Counted from the first letter of the stretch, positions 10,273-20,126 are shown. The stretch: 32,000 bases of DNA from Trichodesmium erythraeum IMS101 (GCF_000014265.1 NC_008312.1:7530001-7562000); one strand, 5' to 3'. Notes: generated by a model from the letters alone, not told the origin. Made by a program: numbers and translations.

Positions 10273-10881
10273 ATGGAAAATTTATTAACAATAGAAACAG
10301 TAGCAAACTCAATTGTCAAAAATTCCCCTAACAAACCATCTCCAGATTCCGTTATATCAGCACTTCTTGAAATTGAAAAACAGTCAAAAAAAGAGAAGCA
10401 AAAGTATCAACTTGACCAGTTATCTGGTCATTGGCAATTATGTTTTATTACTGGGACTAAAAAAACTAGACAAAAAGTGGGTGCTATCTTAGGAAAAGGA
10501 CGTTACATTCCCAATTGGGTAAAAATTAAACTCTCCTATTCTTCTCCTCTCAATACTTCTGAAATACCCCAACAAGTCAAAATAGGTATGGTAGAAAATA
10601 CTGTAGAATTTGCTGTTTTAAAATTATCTCTTTCTGGGCTGACAAAATTTATAGATCGAAAAAATATTCTGGCTTTTGATTTTACAAAAATTACAGTCAA
10701 ACTCTTCGGCATAAAACTATATTCTGGATATATTCGAGGGGGTAAAGAAACTGAAAATAAATTTCTCAAGGAAACTGTAGCCAAGCAAGCATTTTTTGCC
10801 TATTTTTTGATTAAAGAAAAATTTATTGCTGCTAGGGGCAGAGGAGGAGGATTAGCTATTTGGAGACAATTGGAGCATTAA
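10273..10881 (+). CDS. Hypothetical protein, possibly PAP/fibrillin-like
   Basis: 202-aa ORF. Weak resemblance to fibrillin family features (LSGHWQLCFITG near the N-terminus, C-terminal FIAARGRGGGLAIW resembling the RISRGxxGxxFVL motif). The assignment is tentative. Confidence 0.45.
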   Translation: MENLLTIETVANSIVKNSPNKPSPDSVISALLEIEKQSKKEKQKYQLDQLSGHWQLCFITGTKKTRQKVGAILGKGRYIPNWVKIKLSYSSPLNTSEIPQQVKIGMVENTVEFAVLKLSLSGLTKFIDRKNILAFDFTKITVKLFGIKLYSGYIRGGKETENKFLKETVAKQAFFAYFLIKEKFIAARGRGGGLAIWRQLEH

Positions 10882-11453
10882 AATACCAAGAATTACTTAG
10901 TACTAAAAAAATATAATTAAAAACTAAACTTTATCTTTTTTACACCAATTAAAGCTAAAAATTTTTCTGTAATTGCAAAACAAAATGGAAAAATCAATAA
11001 AGGAATTTTTTTCATGAAAGTCGCTATTTTTATGAGGATATTTCTACCCTTTTATATTATTTATCCAAAACTTTTAACTAAGGCTTTTGAGTATGGGGAG
11101 AGACATTATATATAATGCCTGTACAACATTTATCACATAAACTTAACGAGGGTCTATTATAAAAAAAGATTATCCTCTTTGTATTAATTATTTAATAACT
11201 GAAGTTTCACAAAAAGTTAGTATTCATCTATAGAAATTATTACTAAGTTGAGTCCAGGCTGGGAATTGAAACTCGTCGCTCCTCAACTGCAGCTAATTTT
11301 TTATATCTCAACTAAATACTATTTTTTTAATCAGTTTTATATCTGCTTATTCCACATAATCTAACCTATATAATCATCAAGATTAATTATTAGCTGCATA
11401 ATTTTATTTGCAATCGTCTTTATTTCTTATTACCCATTACTTTGTGAATAGCT

Positions 11454-12095
11454 ATGGATCAAGATAATTGGTTAAACACATTACATGAAAATCGAATAAT
11501 TGCTGTTATCCGCGCATCAAAAATGCAGCAAGCTTGGCACATGGCAAATGCCGTTGCTGCTGGAGGTATTCGGATAATAGAAATTACTTGGAATAGTCAT
11601 CAAGCAGCAAAACTAATTACTTTATTACGCTCCGAATTACCAAATTGTATCATTGGTACAGGTACACTATTAACCTTAGAAGACTTACAAAAAGCACTTA
11701 AGATTGGTTGTCAGTTTGTCTTTACCCCACATATTAATCCTATTATGATTCAAACAGCAAAAATAGCAGCAGTTCCTATAATTCCTGGCGCTCTCTCTCC
11801 TACAGAAATAGTTAACGCTTGGCAAGCAGGGGCTAATTGTGTTAAAATATTTCCTATTTCCGCAGCTGGAGGAGTAAATTATATTAAAAGTTTGCAAGGA
11901 CCTTTAGGAGAAATTCCTTTAATTCCTACTGGTGGAGTTACTTTAGAAAACGCTCTAGAATTTATTAAAGTAGGTGCAATTGCTGTAGGTTTATCAGGAA
12001 AACTATTTCCAAAAAAATTAATAATTACTCAAAATTGGCAAGCGATAACTCAACAAACTCAGCTTATAGTTAAACAAATTTCAGAAAACAATTAG
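11454..12095 (+). CDS. eda: KDPG / 4-hydroxy-2-oxoglutarate aldolase (Eda family)
   Basis: 213-aa ORF with the family pattern IIAVIRA, GGIRIIEITW, GTGTLLT, FVFTPH, IPGALSPTEI, VKIFP (Schiff-base Lys context) and IPTGGV. Confidence 0.85.
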   Translation: MDQDNWLNTLHENRIIAVIRASKMQQAWHMANAVAAGGIRIIEITWNSHQAAKLITLLRSELPNCIIGTGTLLTLEDLQKALKIGCQFVFTPHINPIMIQTAKIAAVPIIPGALSPTEIVNAWQAGANCVKIFPISAAGGVNYIKSLQGPLGEIPLIPTGGVTLENALEFIKVGAIAVGLSGKLFPKKLIITQNWQAITQQTQLIVKQISENN

Positions 12096-12264
12096 TCTGG
12101 TAAATAAATTAAAATTATCTCTATTTTTCAAGATTTAGCTATCAGCTAAAGTGAAAAAAATAGGAATAAATAATTTTAAATTTATTATAGTTATAGAACT
12201 TTTTTGTTGATGCTATAAATCAAAGTCAGATCATAATTTTTCTTTTTTTTAGTGAGATATAAAC

Positions 12265-12885
12265 ATGAAAAAAATACTGATTTTAAATCTGAATAATAGA
12301 CTAAGCTTCTCAACTAAAAATCGTGATTTTAAAGGCAATAATCAGGATGAAACAATTAGCTTATTTGTTGATTTAAATAAGTCTTATAATTCTAAAAAAT
12401 TAGATCAAATAGTTAAAATATTTGCTAGTACAGCCCTAATTATTACGGTTTTTTTATCCTGGTCAATACCAGCTTTAGCTAGTAAATGGACAAATATAAT
12501 TGCGACAAGAATGTTAGAGTTACAACAATCAAATGAACGTTGGATATCAATTGATTTATCGACCCAAAGATTAATAGCTTGGGAAGGAAATGAAGCCGTT
12601 TATGCTGTCATAGTTTCTACAGGTAAAGCATCAACTCCTACGCGTCTTGGCACTTTTCAAATACAAACAAAATATCCCACCACTAGAATGACTGGGCCAG
12701 GTTACGATGTGCCTGATGTTCCCTATACTATGTATTATGATGCAGGAATGGCAATTCATGGTGCTTACTGGCATAATATGTTCGGGACTCCAGTTAGTCA
12801 CGGTTGCACAAATGTAGCAGTCAATCACGCTAAATGGCTATTTGACTGGGCATCCGTGGGAACTCCTGTTATAGTACATAACTAA
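12265..12885 (+). CDS. L,D-transpeptidase (YkuD/ErfK family)
   Basis: 206-aa ORF with a membrane anchor ([16 protein letters not shown]) and the catalytic motif [21 protein letters not shown] (HG...SHGC). The true start may be an internal Met. Confidence 0.8.
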   Translation: MKKILILNLNNRLSFSTKNRDFKGNNQDETISLFVDLNKSYNSKKLDQIVKIFASTALIITVFLSWSIPALASKWTNIIATRMLELQQSNERWISIDLSTQRLIAWEGNEAVYAVIVSTGKASTPTRLGTFQIQTKYPTTRMTGPGYDVPDVPYTMYYDAGMAIHGAYWHNMFGTPVSHGCTNVAVNHAKWLFDWASVGTPVIVHN

Positions 12886-13237
12886 AAAGAATGAAACTTT
12901 ACATTATTTGGTTAACAGTGCACGCCTTTCTTATCAACATTCACATTAGTACACTATATTGTCATTTTCTTGAGCACTAAAAATAGGAATATAATATCAA
13001 GCTGGCATTTTTCAACTAATTTTAATATTAATAATATTTAATGGTTTAACTTAGTTTTATGCATGATTTTTTGTTCAATAAAGTGTATTTAAGAACGTTT
13101 ATAGATTGAACACCAGATCAAATGAGCAAAATCTGATTAAAGATAAAAAAAACTGATGACTAATAAAGGCTTTATTTATTTAGATTTTGAATAGATTATT
13201 GACTTTTTAAAGCTTTTTTGTTATTTTAACTAAGAAA

Positions 13238-13260
13238 AGAATGATAATCATTATCATTCT
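13238..13260. promoter_or_regulatory. Fur-family (probable Zur) operator: perfect 11-1-11 palindrome containing TGATAATcATTATCA
   Basis: AGAATGATAATCATTATCATTCT is self-complementary around the central C (checked by hand). Its core equals the classical 7-1-7 Fur-family box. It lies 24 nt upstream of the znuA start, and a TTGACT (13199..13204) N17 TATTTT (13222..13227) promoter-like pair sits just upstream. Confidence 0.7.
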
Positions 13261-13283
13261 TAAAATCATAAAATAATAAAGAA

Positions 13284-14237
13284 ATGCTTAGAAAATTTAA
13301 GTGGATCGGTAGTTCATTATTATTAACAATAGCACTGAGCATAAATGCTTCAGCCATAAGTATTGGCAAGGTAGCTCAAAATAGAAATGGAATTAAAATA
13401 ATTGCAACTTTCTTGCCAATATATATCTTTACCAAAGGAGTCGCCGGAGAAACTGAAGAGATAGAAATCTTAATTCCTCCGGGAACAGATCCCCACGAAT
13501 ATCAGGGAACACCAGAAAATGCTCGTAGTATTGCACAAGCAGATATTTTAGTAAAAAATGGGTTGGGTTTAGAAGAATTTTTAGAGAAATTAGTCGATAG
13601 TACTGGTAACTCTCAACTACAAAAAATTAATGCTAGCCAAAATATTGAACCTATAGACATGGAAGAAGATGACGATAACCATAACGACCATGACCATGAC
13701 CATGACCATGACCACGACCACAGTCACAAAGAGGGAAACCCTCATGTTTGGTTAGACCCAGTTTTAGCACAGCAACAAGTCAAGAATATTCGCGATGGTT
13801 TAATAAAAGCTAACCCTAATAATGCAACTACTTATCAGGCAAATGCTAGTATTTATCTGGAAAAATTACAGCGACTTGACCAAGAGTTTAAAACTCGTTT
13901 AAAACCTTTCAAAGAATGCAAGTTTATTGTCTTTCACGATGCCTATCCATATCTAGCAAAACGCTATAATTTGCAACAAATAGCAGTTGTAGAATTGCCA
14001 CAAGACAATATTAAGCCTAGGGATATTCAAAGAGTAATAGAGGCGGCTAAAAAATATCAAGTAAAAGGTTTACTAGCGGAAATAGGATTTAATGATAGTA
14101 GAATGCAACAAATTGCTAAAGATATTGGCTTACCAATTAAAAAATTAGATCCAATAAATAGTGGTTTGTTAGACCCAGAACATTATTTCACTGCCATGAG
14201 AAATAATTTAAAAAGTTTAGAGGAAGTTTGTCAGTGA
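13284..14237 (+). CDS. znuA: Zinc ABC transporter substrate-binding protein (cluster 9 / TroA-ZnuA family) with His/Asp-rich loop
   Basis: 317-aa ORF with a signal peptide, the metal-ligand context DPHEY and NPHVWLDP, and the acidic His-rich loop EEDDDNHNDHDHDHDHDHDHSH characteristic of ZnuA. Confidence 0.85.
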   Translation: MLRKFKWIGSSLLLTIALSINASAISIGKVAQNRNGIKIIATFLPIYIFTKGVAGETEEIEILIPPGTDPHEYQGTPENARSIAQADILVKNGLGLEEFLEKLVDSTGNSQLQKINASQNIEPIDMEEDDDNHNDHDHDHDHDHDHSHKEGNPHVWLDPVLAQQQVKNIRDGLIKANPNNATTYQANASIYLEKLQRLDQEFKTRLKPFKECKFIVFHDAYPYLAKRYNLQQIAVVELPQDNIKPRDIQRVIEAAKKYQVKGLLAEIGFNDSRMQQIAKDIGLPIKKLDPINSGLLDPEHYFTAMRNNLKSLEEVCQ

Positions 14238-15034
14238 AATTAGTCGAAAGAAACAAAAGTCTACCAGTAATTACTGTACAAAATTTGACAGTAATTATAG
14301 GCCAATATAAAGCGGTAGAATCAGTCTCATTTCAAATTTTTTCTGGCAGTAATACAGCAATAATTGGACCTAATGGAGCTGGAAAAAGTACATTAATTCA
14401 AGCAATATTAGGTTTAATTCCTTATGAGTATGGTTATGTAGAAATTATTGGCAGAGAAATTAAAAATTTAGGAAAATATTGGCATAAAATTGGTTATATT
14501 CCCCAGAAGTTAACTTTTGACCGGAGTTTTCCTTTAACTGTAACTGAATTAGTTAGTTTGGGTTGGCCTCAAAGAGGTTTTATGAAGTCCCAGGAAAAGC
14601 TGATATCTGTAGAAAAAGCTTTGTTAAAAGTTGGCTTACAAAATCATCGTAAACAGCTCATAGGAAATTTAAGTGGAGGAGAGTTAAAACGGGCTTTATT
14701 AGCATATTGTTTAGTACAACCTCGCCAGTTATTAATATTAGATGAAGTGATGGCTGGTGTCGATCCAAATGGAGAAGTCGAATTTGCAGAATTATTGGCA
14801 AATTTACAAGCAGAAAATGGTTTTTCTATTCTTCAAGTTTCCCATGATTTGGATATGGTAAGCTCTTATTGTGACCAAGTTATTTGTATGAATCGTCGTT
14901 TATTATGTTGTGGTAAACCTAATATTACTTTAGATAAAGATAATTTGAGTAATATTTATGGAGACAATTTAACTAGATATTTACATCATCATCAAAAGGA
15001 AAGATTTTTAAACAAAACTATAGGTAATTCATAA
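14228..15034 (+). CDS. znuC: Zinc ABC transporter ATP-binding protein
   Basis: Walker A GPNGAGKST, signature LSGGELKR and Walker B LLILDE. It overlaps the znuA stop. The alternative GTG start at 14234 gives a GTGA start-stop overlap. Confidence 0.85.
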   Translation: MSVKLVERNKSLPVITVQNLTVIIGQYKAVESVSFQIFSGSNTAIIGPNGAGKSTLIQAILGLIPYEYGYVEIIGREIKNLGKYWHKIGYIPQKLTFDRSFPLTVTELVSLGWPQRGFMKSQEKLISVEKALLKVGLQNHRKQLIGNLSGGELKRALLAYCLVQPRQLLILDEVMAGVDPNGEVEFAELLANLQAENGFSILQVSHDLDMVSSYCDQVICMNRRLLCCGKPNITLDKDNLSNIYGDNLTRYLHHHQKERFLNKTIGNS

Positions 15035-15045
15035 CCTTAAGTATT

Positions 15046-15066
15046 CAACTATCAACTATCAACTAT
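15046..15066. repeat. Heptamer tandem repeat (CAACTAT) x3
   Basis: CAACTATCAACTATCAACTAT read directly, 12 nt after the znuC stop. Confidence 0.85.
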
Positions 15067-15473
15067 TGCTTTTAGTTTTATAGTTTTTTTAAAGTAACTA
15101 AGGTATAGTTTTTTTTATTCTTTTATGTTCTCTGTTTGTGAAATTACTATAACGCTAACTAAATGTGACGCGGACATCTTCCTACTGCCCTGATGCCTAT
15201 TTCCTTACAAGGTAAATTTCCCAGTTTTAACAAAAAAAACATTCCTATAAGACCTACGGATGTTGCATACAAGTTTTCTACTCCTGCGCAACAAATTAAT
15301 GCAAATACCTCACAGGTTATGGGAATTGCTCTGAGCAAAGCTTTATTAATTTAGTCATAATTATTATTATATTTACTTCCCTCGTACTTCTATCCTAAAC
15401 ATTAAGACATGATTTTCTAGAGCTGACAGCTAATAGATAAATTATTACTTATACTAAACCAGCTTTATATTAA

Positions 15474-16301
15474 TTGATAAATATGAATTTTTCAGAATTG
15501 ATAAGTTTATTTAGTTTGCCTTTTATGCAACGAGCAATTATTGGTGGTATTCTTTTAGGAATTTTAGGAGGTCTTCTCGGTGGGTTTGTGATTTTACGCC
15601 AGTTATCTTTATTTGGAAATGCTTTAGGTCATACCGCCTTTTTAGCAGTGGTGATAGGTGCTTTATTGCAGTTACCTACAATGATGGTTTTAATTGGTTT
15701 TTTACTATTATTTGGATTAGGGATAAATTATTTAATTCAAAAAACTAATTTGGGCGGAGATACTATTTTAAGTATTGTGATTGCAAGTTCAGTTGCATTG
15801 GGTACAATTGGGTTTAATTTTGTACCTGGATATCGTGGTAATTTATTATCTATATTGTTTGGTGATATTCTAGCAATTAGCAATTTAGATTTAGCTTTTG
15901 TGGTGATTTTATTGGTTGTATCTTTGAGTTGGTTAGGAGTAACTTTACAAAAACAAATATTGTTAACTTTGAACCCTGAATTAGCACAAGTTCAAGGAAT
16001 TCCTGTAGAGAGATATCAATATATATTTATAATTATTTTGTCCTTGGCGATCGCTCTCACAATTAGAGCAGTTGGTATTTTATTGGTCAATGCTTTTTTG
16101 GTAATTCCAGCAGCTACAGCAAAATTAATTTGTCATCAATTTGTACCTTTTTTAGGAGTTTCTGCACTCATTGGTTCTATGAGTGGGGTGATAGGAATGG
16201 TATTGTCTGGTACTTTAAATTTGCCTTCAGGTCCTAGTATTGTTTTGGTGCAATTATTGACATTTTTGGTAGTAGTATTTTCTGGTAAAGGAAGGTTTTA
16301 A
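15474..16301 (+). CDS. znuB: Zinc/manganese ABC transporter permease (ABC-3 family)
   Basis: 275-aa highly hydrophobic ORF with about 8 TM helices, typical of ZnuB/MntB permeases. The ORF-track start is TTG 15474, and ATG 15483 is an alternative. Confidence 0.8.
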   Translation: MINMNFSELISLFSLPFMQRAIIGGILLGILGGLLGGFVILRQLSLFGNALGHTAFLAVVIGALLQLPTMMVLIGFLLLFGLGINYLIQKTNLGGDTILSIVIASSVALGTIGFNFVPGYRGNLLSILFGDILAISNLDLAFVVILLVVSLSWLGVTLQKQILLTLNPELAQVQGIPVERYQYIFIIILSLAIALTIRAVGILLVNAFLVIPAATAKLICHQFVPFLGVSALIGSMSGVIGMVLSGTLNLPSGPSIVLVQLLTFLVVVFSGKGRF

Positions 16302-16756
16302 ATATTAAACCTAATCTTATCTATTTTTTTCCCATTTTTATTGGATAACCTGATCATCTGAAGATAAATAAAAATAGTAATAAAATCAGGCTTGCTAAAA
16401 AAGTTTAAGAGTGACAGAAGGGAAGTGGTAATAGATACTTTGGTAACAGTTATAGATGTTAAATTTTCGGCATTTTTTCCTGACCTAACTGGGAAAATAT
16501 CAAGTTAGCAAATATTAATTTAGTAATTTCTTGTTACTTCTTGAAAGTTGAGGAAAACTTAAACTGATCATATATCAGGATTTTCTGAAAAATTAAGTAA
16601 CCTCTCAGTATAGTATTCTAATAATTGCCAAAATCTTTAATCATAGTCTTATGTAAACAAGTGGTAAATTTAATCAAGTTAATCAAGTATTTTTCCTTAT
16701 TTTTTATTAACTTTAAACCCCAATATAGGGTAATCAAATTCTCTTAGATATAAGAA

Positions 16757-16908
16757 TTTTTATTCTTTTATATTTACAGTTTCCTGAATTGCTCTGAAAT
16801 TGAGATACTAAAAACTGACTTCATATTAATGATTTTTATTCTTTTATATTTACAGTTTTCCGAATTGCTCTGAAGTAGAGAGACTGAAAACTAATTTCAT
16901 GTTTTAGC
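16757..16908. repeat. 76-bp tandem duplication (2 copies, diverged)
   Basis: TTTTTATTCTTTTATATTTACAGTTT... occurs at 16757 and again at 16833. The rest of the unit (GAATTGCTCTGAA...ACTGA..TTCAT) is also shared, with one indel and several substitutions. Confidence 0.85.
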
Positions 16909-17129
16909 CCGCAGCGATCGCTCACCCTTATTGAAAAATTAGGTGTTGCTAATGAGTGGGCATAATTTATATTAGTTGGCAATTACTAAATTCTTAAACC
17001 ACAAATACTTAAGATGACTAAGTCTTTATTCTTATAACCTTTTCAACAACACTAAAAATTAAATCCAATTGCTAATTCAGCACTATATAACTATACTTAA
17101 ATGGAAAAAATTAAAGCCAAAATCAATTA

Positions 17130-18305
17130 ATGCCAACCCTTGTAGAAATACTTCAAATAATTTGCCTCATACCCATCATTAGTGGGTGTATATATTTAAT
17201 CTTAAGTGTCTGGACAATTAGAAATTTTTTCAGAAAAACCACTACAGAAATAAATGCCACAGAAAAATTTCAGCCTCCTGTAACTGTACTTAAACCAATA
17301 CGGGGGATCGAAAAAAACCTGAAGTCAAATCTGCATACTATTACTATTCAAGATTGGCCAGAGTATCAAGTAATTTATTCTATTCAAGACCCTCAAGATT
17401 CAGCTCTCCCTATTCTTGACGAGCTTCAAGCAGAAGTAGACAACCAGAAAATTTCCGTTGTTATTGACAATAAACAAGCAGGAGCTAATGGCAAGGTTAA
17501 TAACTTACTTGGTGCAATAGCACAAGCACGTCATCAGATTATTATTATTAGCGATAGTGATACTAATCTTAAACCTGACTATATCAAAAATATCATATCT
17601 CCTTTATCAAATCCTAATGTGGGAGCTGTCTGCACTCTCTTTAAAGTCAAAAGTGCTTATAGATGGTTTGAGAAGATGGAATTGTTAACAATAAATGCTG
17701 ACTTTATTCCTAGTGTTATATTCGCAGCAGTCACGGGAGCATCCAATGCTTGTTTGGGACCCTCGATCGCTATAAGTCGCAGCACATTACAAGAACTGGG
17801 TGGCCTTGAGAGTCTGGCAGATTATCTTGTAGAAGATTATGAATTAGGACGGAGGGTATGGACTTCTGGAAAAAAAATGGTGCTTTTGCCATATACTATT
17901 GATGTGACTGTAGACTTAAAGAATTGGCAAGAGTGGTGGACTCATCAAGTCTATTGGGATCAGAATACATATTTGGCACGTCCCTGGCCTTTTATTGCAA
18001 CTATATTAATCCGGGCAGTACCTTTTGCTATTTTGTTCGCTATAGTGAGAATGGGGGATTTACTCGGATTAGGAGTATTAGGGTTTACTTTGGCTTTACG
18101 ACTTTTCAGCGCTGGGATAACTTTAAAAGAGTTGAAAGATGTAGAAGGTTTTCAAAGTCTTTACTTATTACCTTTACGTGACACTTTCGGTTTAATATTT
18201 TGGTTTTTGGCGTTGACTAAGCGTACAGTGGTATGGAGGGGTGTTAAATACAAATTGGTCGATCATGGAAAAATGGTTCCCGTCAGCAAAGGAGTAGGGA
18301 ATTAG
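17130..18305 (+). CDS. Glycosyltransferase family 21 (ceramide glucosyltransferase / HpnI-like)
   Basis: 391-aa membrane protein colinear, from memory, with ceramide glucosyltransferase motifs: PPVTVLKPIRGIEKNL, GANGKVNNLL, IIIISDSD, LADYLVEDYELG, QVYWDQN (Q/RxxRW-like) and VVWRGVKYKL. Confidence 0.8.
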   Translation: MPTLVEILQIICLIPIISGCIYLILSVWTIRNFFRKTTTEINATEKFQPPVTVLKPIRGIEKNLKSNLHTITIQDWPEYQVIYSIQDPQDSALPILDELQAEVDNQKISVVIDNKQAGANGKVNNLLGAIAQARHQIIIISDSDTNLKPDYIKNIISPLSNPNVGAVCTLFKVKSAYRWFEKMELLTINADFIPSVIFAAVTGASNACLGPSIAISRSTLQELGGLESLADYLVEDYELGRRVWTSGKKMVLLPYTIDVTVDLKNWQEWWTHQVYWDQNTYLARPWPFIATILIRAVPFAILFAIVRMGDLLGLGVLGFTLALRLFSAGITLKELKDVEGFQSLYLLPLRDTFGLIFWFLALTKRTVVWRGVKYKLVDHGKMVPVSKGVGN

Positions 18306-18843
18306 GAAATAGAAGAGAAATTGAAATATGTTCAGTTTCTTTCTCTTAAATATCTTATATAAATAAAGATGAACATAATAAATTACACATTCAGTAAAAC
18401 AGAACTCTTTACTGTGTAAATATTTTTTGTGCAAATAATTTTGTGTAGGTGCTTAAGAGCAATTTACTAAGGTTAAGCTACACATAACTTCAGACATGAG
18501 TTATCAAGTTTATAAGTAATATCTACAAGTTTTACCTAACTTAATGAAATTGATCTAATATAATATTAATAATTATGATCAAAAGTGTATTTTAATTAAT
18601 ACTTCAAGCTTTTATAGTATACTTTTGTTATTGCTTAAATAAAAAAATTGTTATGAGTGATTTTTACAAATCATTTATTTCTCAATTTATATCATATCTT
18701 GAGATGACTTGGGTAGTACAAAATTGGGTTATGATTTACGGTGGTTACTTAAAATTAGTTACTTAAAATGTTAAACTTCGTGTTAAATATTTCGATTTTT
18801 TTAATTCGGGATATTAATAAATATTCAATATTAAATAAAGATT

Positions 18844-19995
18844 ATGAAAGTAAATCAACAAATTAAGCCATTTTATTTTGATATTTCAAATAATGAAATT
18901 CAATATTTCTTATTAGAATCAGAGAAAATTTTAAAGTCTGGGCAACTGATTTTGGGGAAACATACTACAGAATTTGAAAAAGCATTTGCTGAGTATGTAG
19001 GGACAAAGTACGCGATCGCTGTGAATAGTGGTTCTTCTGGACTAGAAATTATCTTACGCTTAAAAAAAGTAGAGGGAACAACTGTTTTAGTTCCTACCAA
19101 TACTAACTTTGCCACTATTGCGTCGGTAATTCGGGCTCAAGGAAAGGTGCAATACTTGGATATGGATGAAAAAACATTTGCACCTTCCTTAGAAATGGTA
19201 AAAGAGGCAGTAGAAAAAGGTAAAAATCTTTCAGAGAAAATTTCTGGTGTATTGTGGGTTCATATTGGAGGTGTAATTTCTCCTGAGTTTCCCCAAATAG
19301 TAGAATATTGTCATCAGCAAGGGTTGTTTGTTCTTGAAGATACTGCCCATGCTCATGGTAGCAAAATAAATGGTGTCAATGCTGGGAATTTGGGAGACGG
19401 TGCTGCTTTTTCATTTTTCCCGACCAAAGTTATGACAACCTGTGAAGGAGGAATGATAACTCTCAATAATGAGGAGGAAGATTATATCGCGCGATCGCTC
19501 AGAAACCAAGGAAAGCAAGGAATGAATTTTGGTGGTTTACATACAGATTTTGGGAATAGTACGCGGATCACGGAAATGAATGCTCTCCTAGGTAGGATCC
19601 ATTTAGCAAAGTTACCAGAAATGTTGCAAAAACGGCAGCAAGCTTATGAGTTAATTACAGCACCTTTAAAAGAAGCTGGTATATCTTTTGTGTCTACAGA
19701 AAAAATGGATGTAGCTAGTAATTATAAATTAATTGTTCATTTACCAGAAGGAAAAAACCCTCAAGAGGTAAAAAAGGCTATGGCAGAGAAAGAAATATAT
19801 TTAGGTGGAACAGTTTATGAAATACCTTGTCATCAGCAACCAGTTTTTCAAGGTATTTGTGAAGGTCAGAGTTTTCCTTACGCCGAACGTTGGTGTCCGA
19901 ATCATATTTGCCCGCCTTTAACTTCTGGTATGACAGAAGAAGATGCTGAACGAGTGGGAAAAGCTTTAGTTGAAGTACTCTCAATGTTTGGCTGA
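18844..19995 (+). CDS. DegT/DnrJ/EryC1/StrS-family PLP-dependent aminotransferase (sugar aminotransferase type)
   Basis: 383-aa ORF with AIAVNSGSSGLEI, EDTAHAHGS and FSFFPTKVMTTCEGG (PLP-lysine context). Confidence 0.9.
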   Translation: MKVNQQIKPFYFDISNNEIQYFLLESEKILKSGQLILGKHTTEFEKAFAEYVGTKYAIAVNSGSSGLEIILRLKKVEGTTVLVPTNTNFATIASVIRAQGKVQYLDMDEKTFAPSLEMVKEAVEKGKNLSEKISGVLWVHIGGVISPEFPQIVEYCHQQGLFVLEDTAHAHGSKINGVNAGNLGDGAAFSFFPTKVMTTCEGGMITLNNEEEDYIARSLRNQGKQGMNFGGLHTDFGNSTRITEMNALLGRIHLAKLPEMLQKRQQAYELITAPLKEAGISFVSTEKMDVASNYKLIVHLPEGKNPQEVKKAMAEKEIYLGGTVYEIPCHQQPVFQGICEGQSFPYAERWCPNHICPPLTSGMTEEDAERVGKALVEVLSMFG

Positions 19996-20030
19996 CGCAA
20001 TAATACAGGATTATTTACCTGAGTAAAACC

Positions 20031-20072
20031 TAACCGCAGTTTTGAGGTGAGGTAATATTCTTCCCCTGTGTT
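20031..20072 (+). repeat. Dispersed 42-nt intergenic motif, copy B
   Basis: TAACCGCAGTTTTGAGGTGAGGTAATATTCTTCCCCTGTGTT matches 203..244 at 36 of 42 positions. It lies between the aminotransferase stop (19995) and the oxidoreductase start. Confidence 0.8.
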
Positions 20073-20126
20073 CATAGTCATCCTAACTACCCCTATTCCC
20101 TCTCAGGAAAAGAGTTAGAGGACTGG

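Noticed and set aside
10536-12828. Antisense ORFs 10536..10784, 11685..11897 and 12631..12828
   Set aside because: Each lies fully inside and opposite to a better-supported CDS.
17924-18434. ORFs 17924..18181 (+, alternate frame) and 18192..18434 (-) at the GT21 gene 3' region
   Set aside because: They overlap the GT21 coding frame, which is colinear with the ceramide glucosyltransferase family to its end. They have no independent support.
18900-19984. Antisense ORFs 18900..19115 and 19778..19984 within the aminotransferase gene
   Set aside because: They are antisense to a strongly supported DegT-family CDS.
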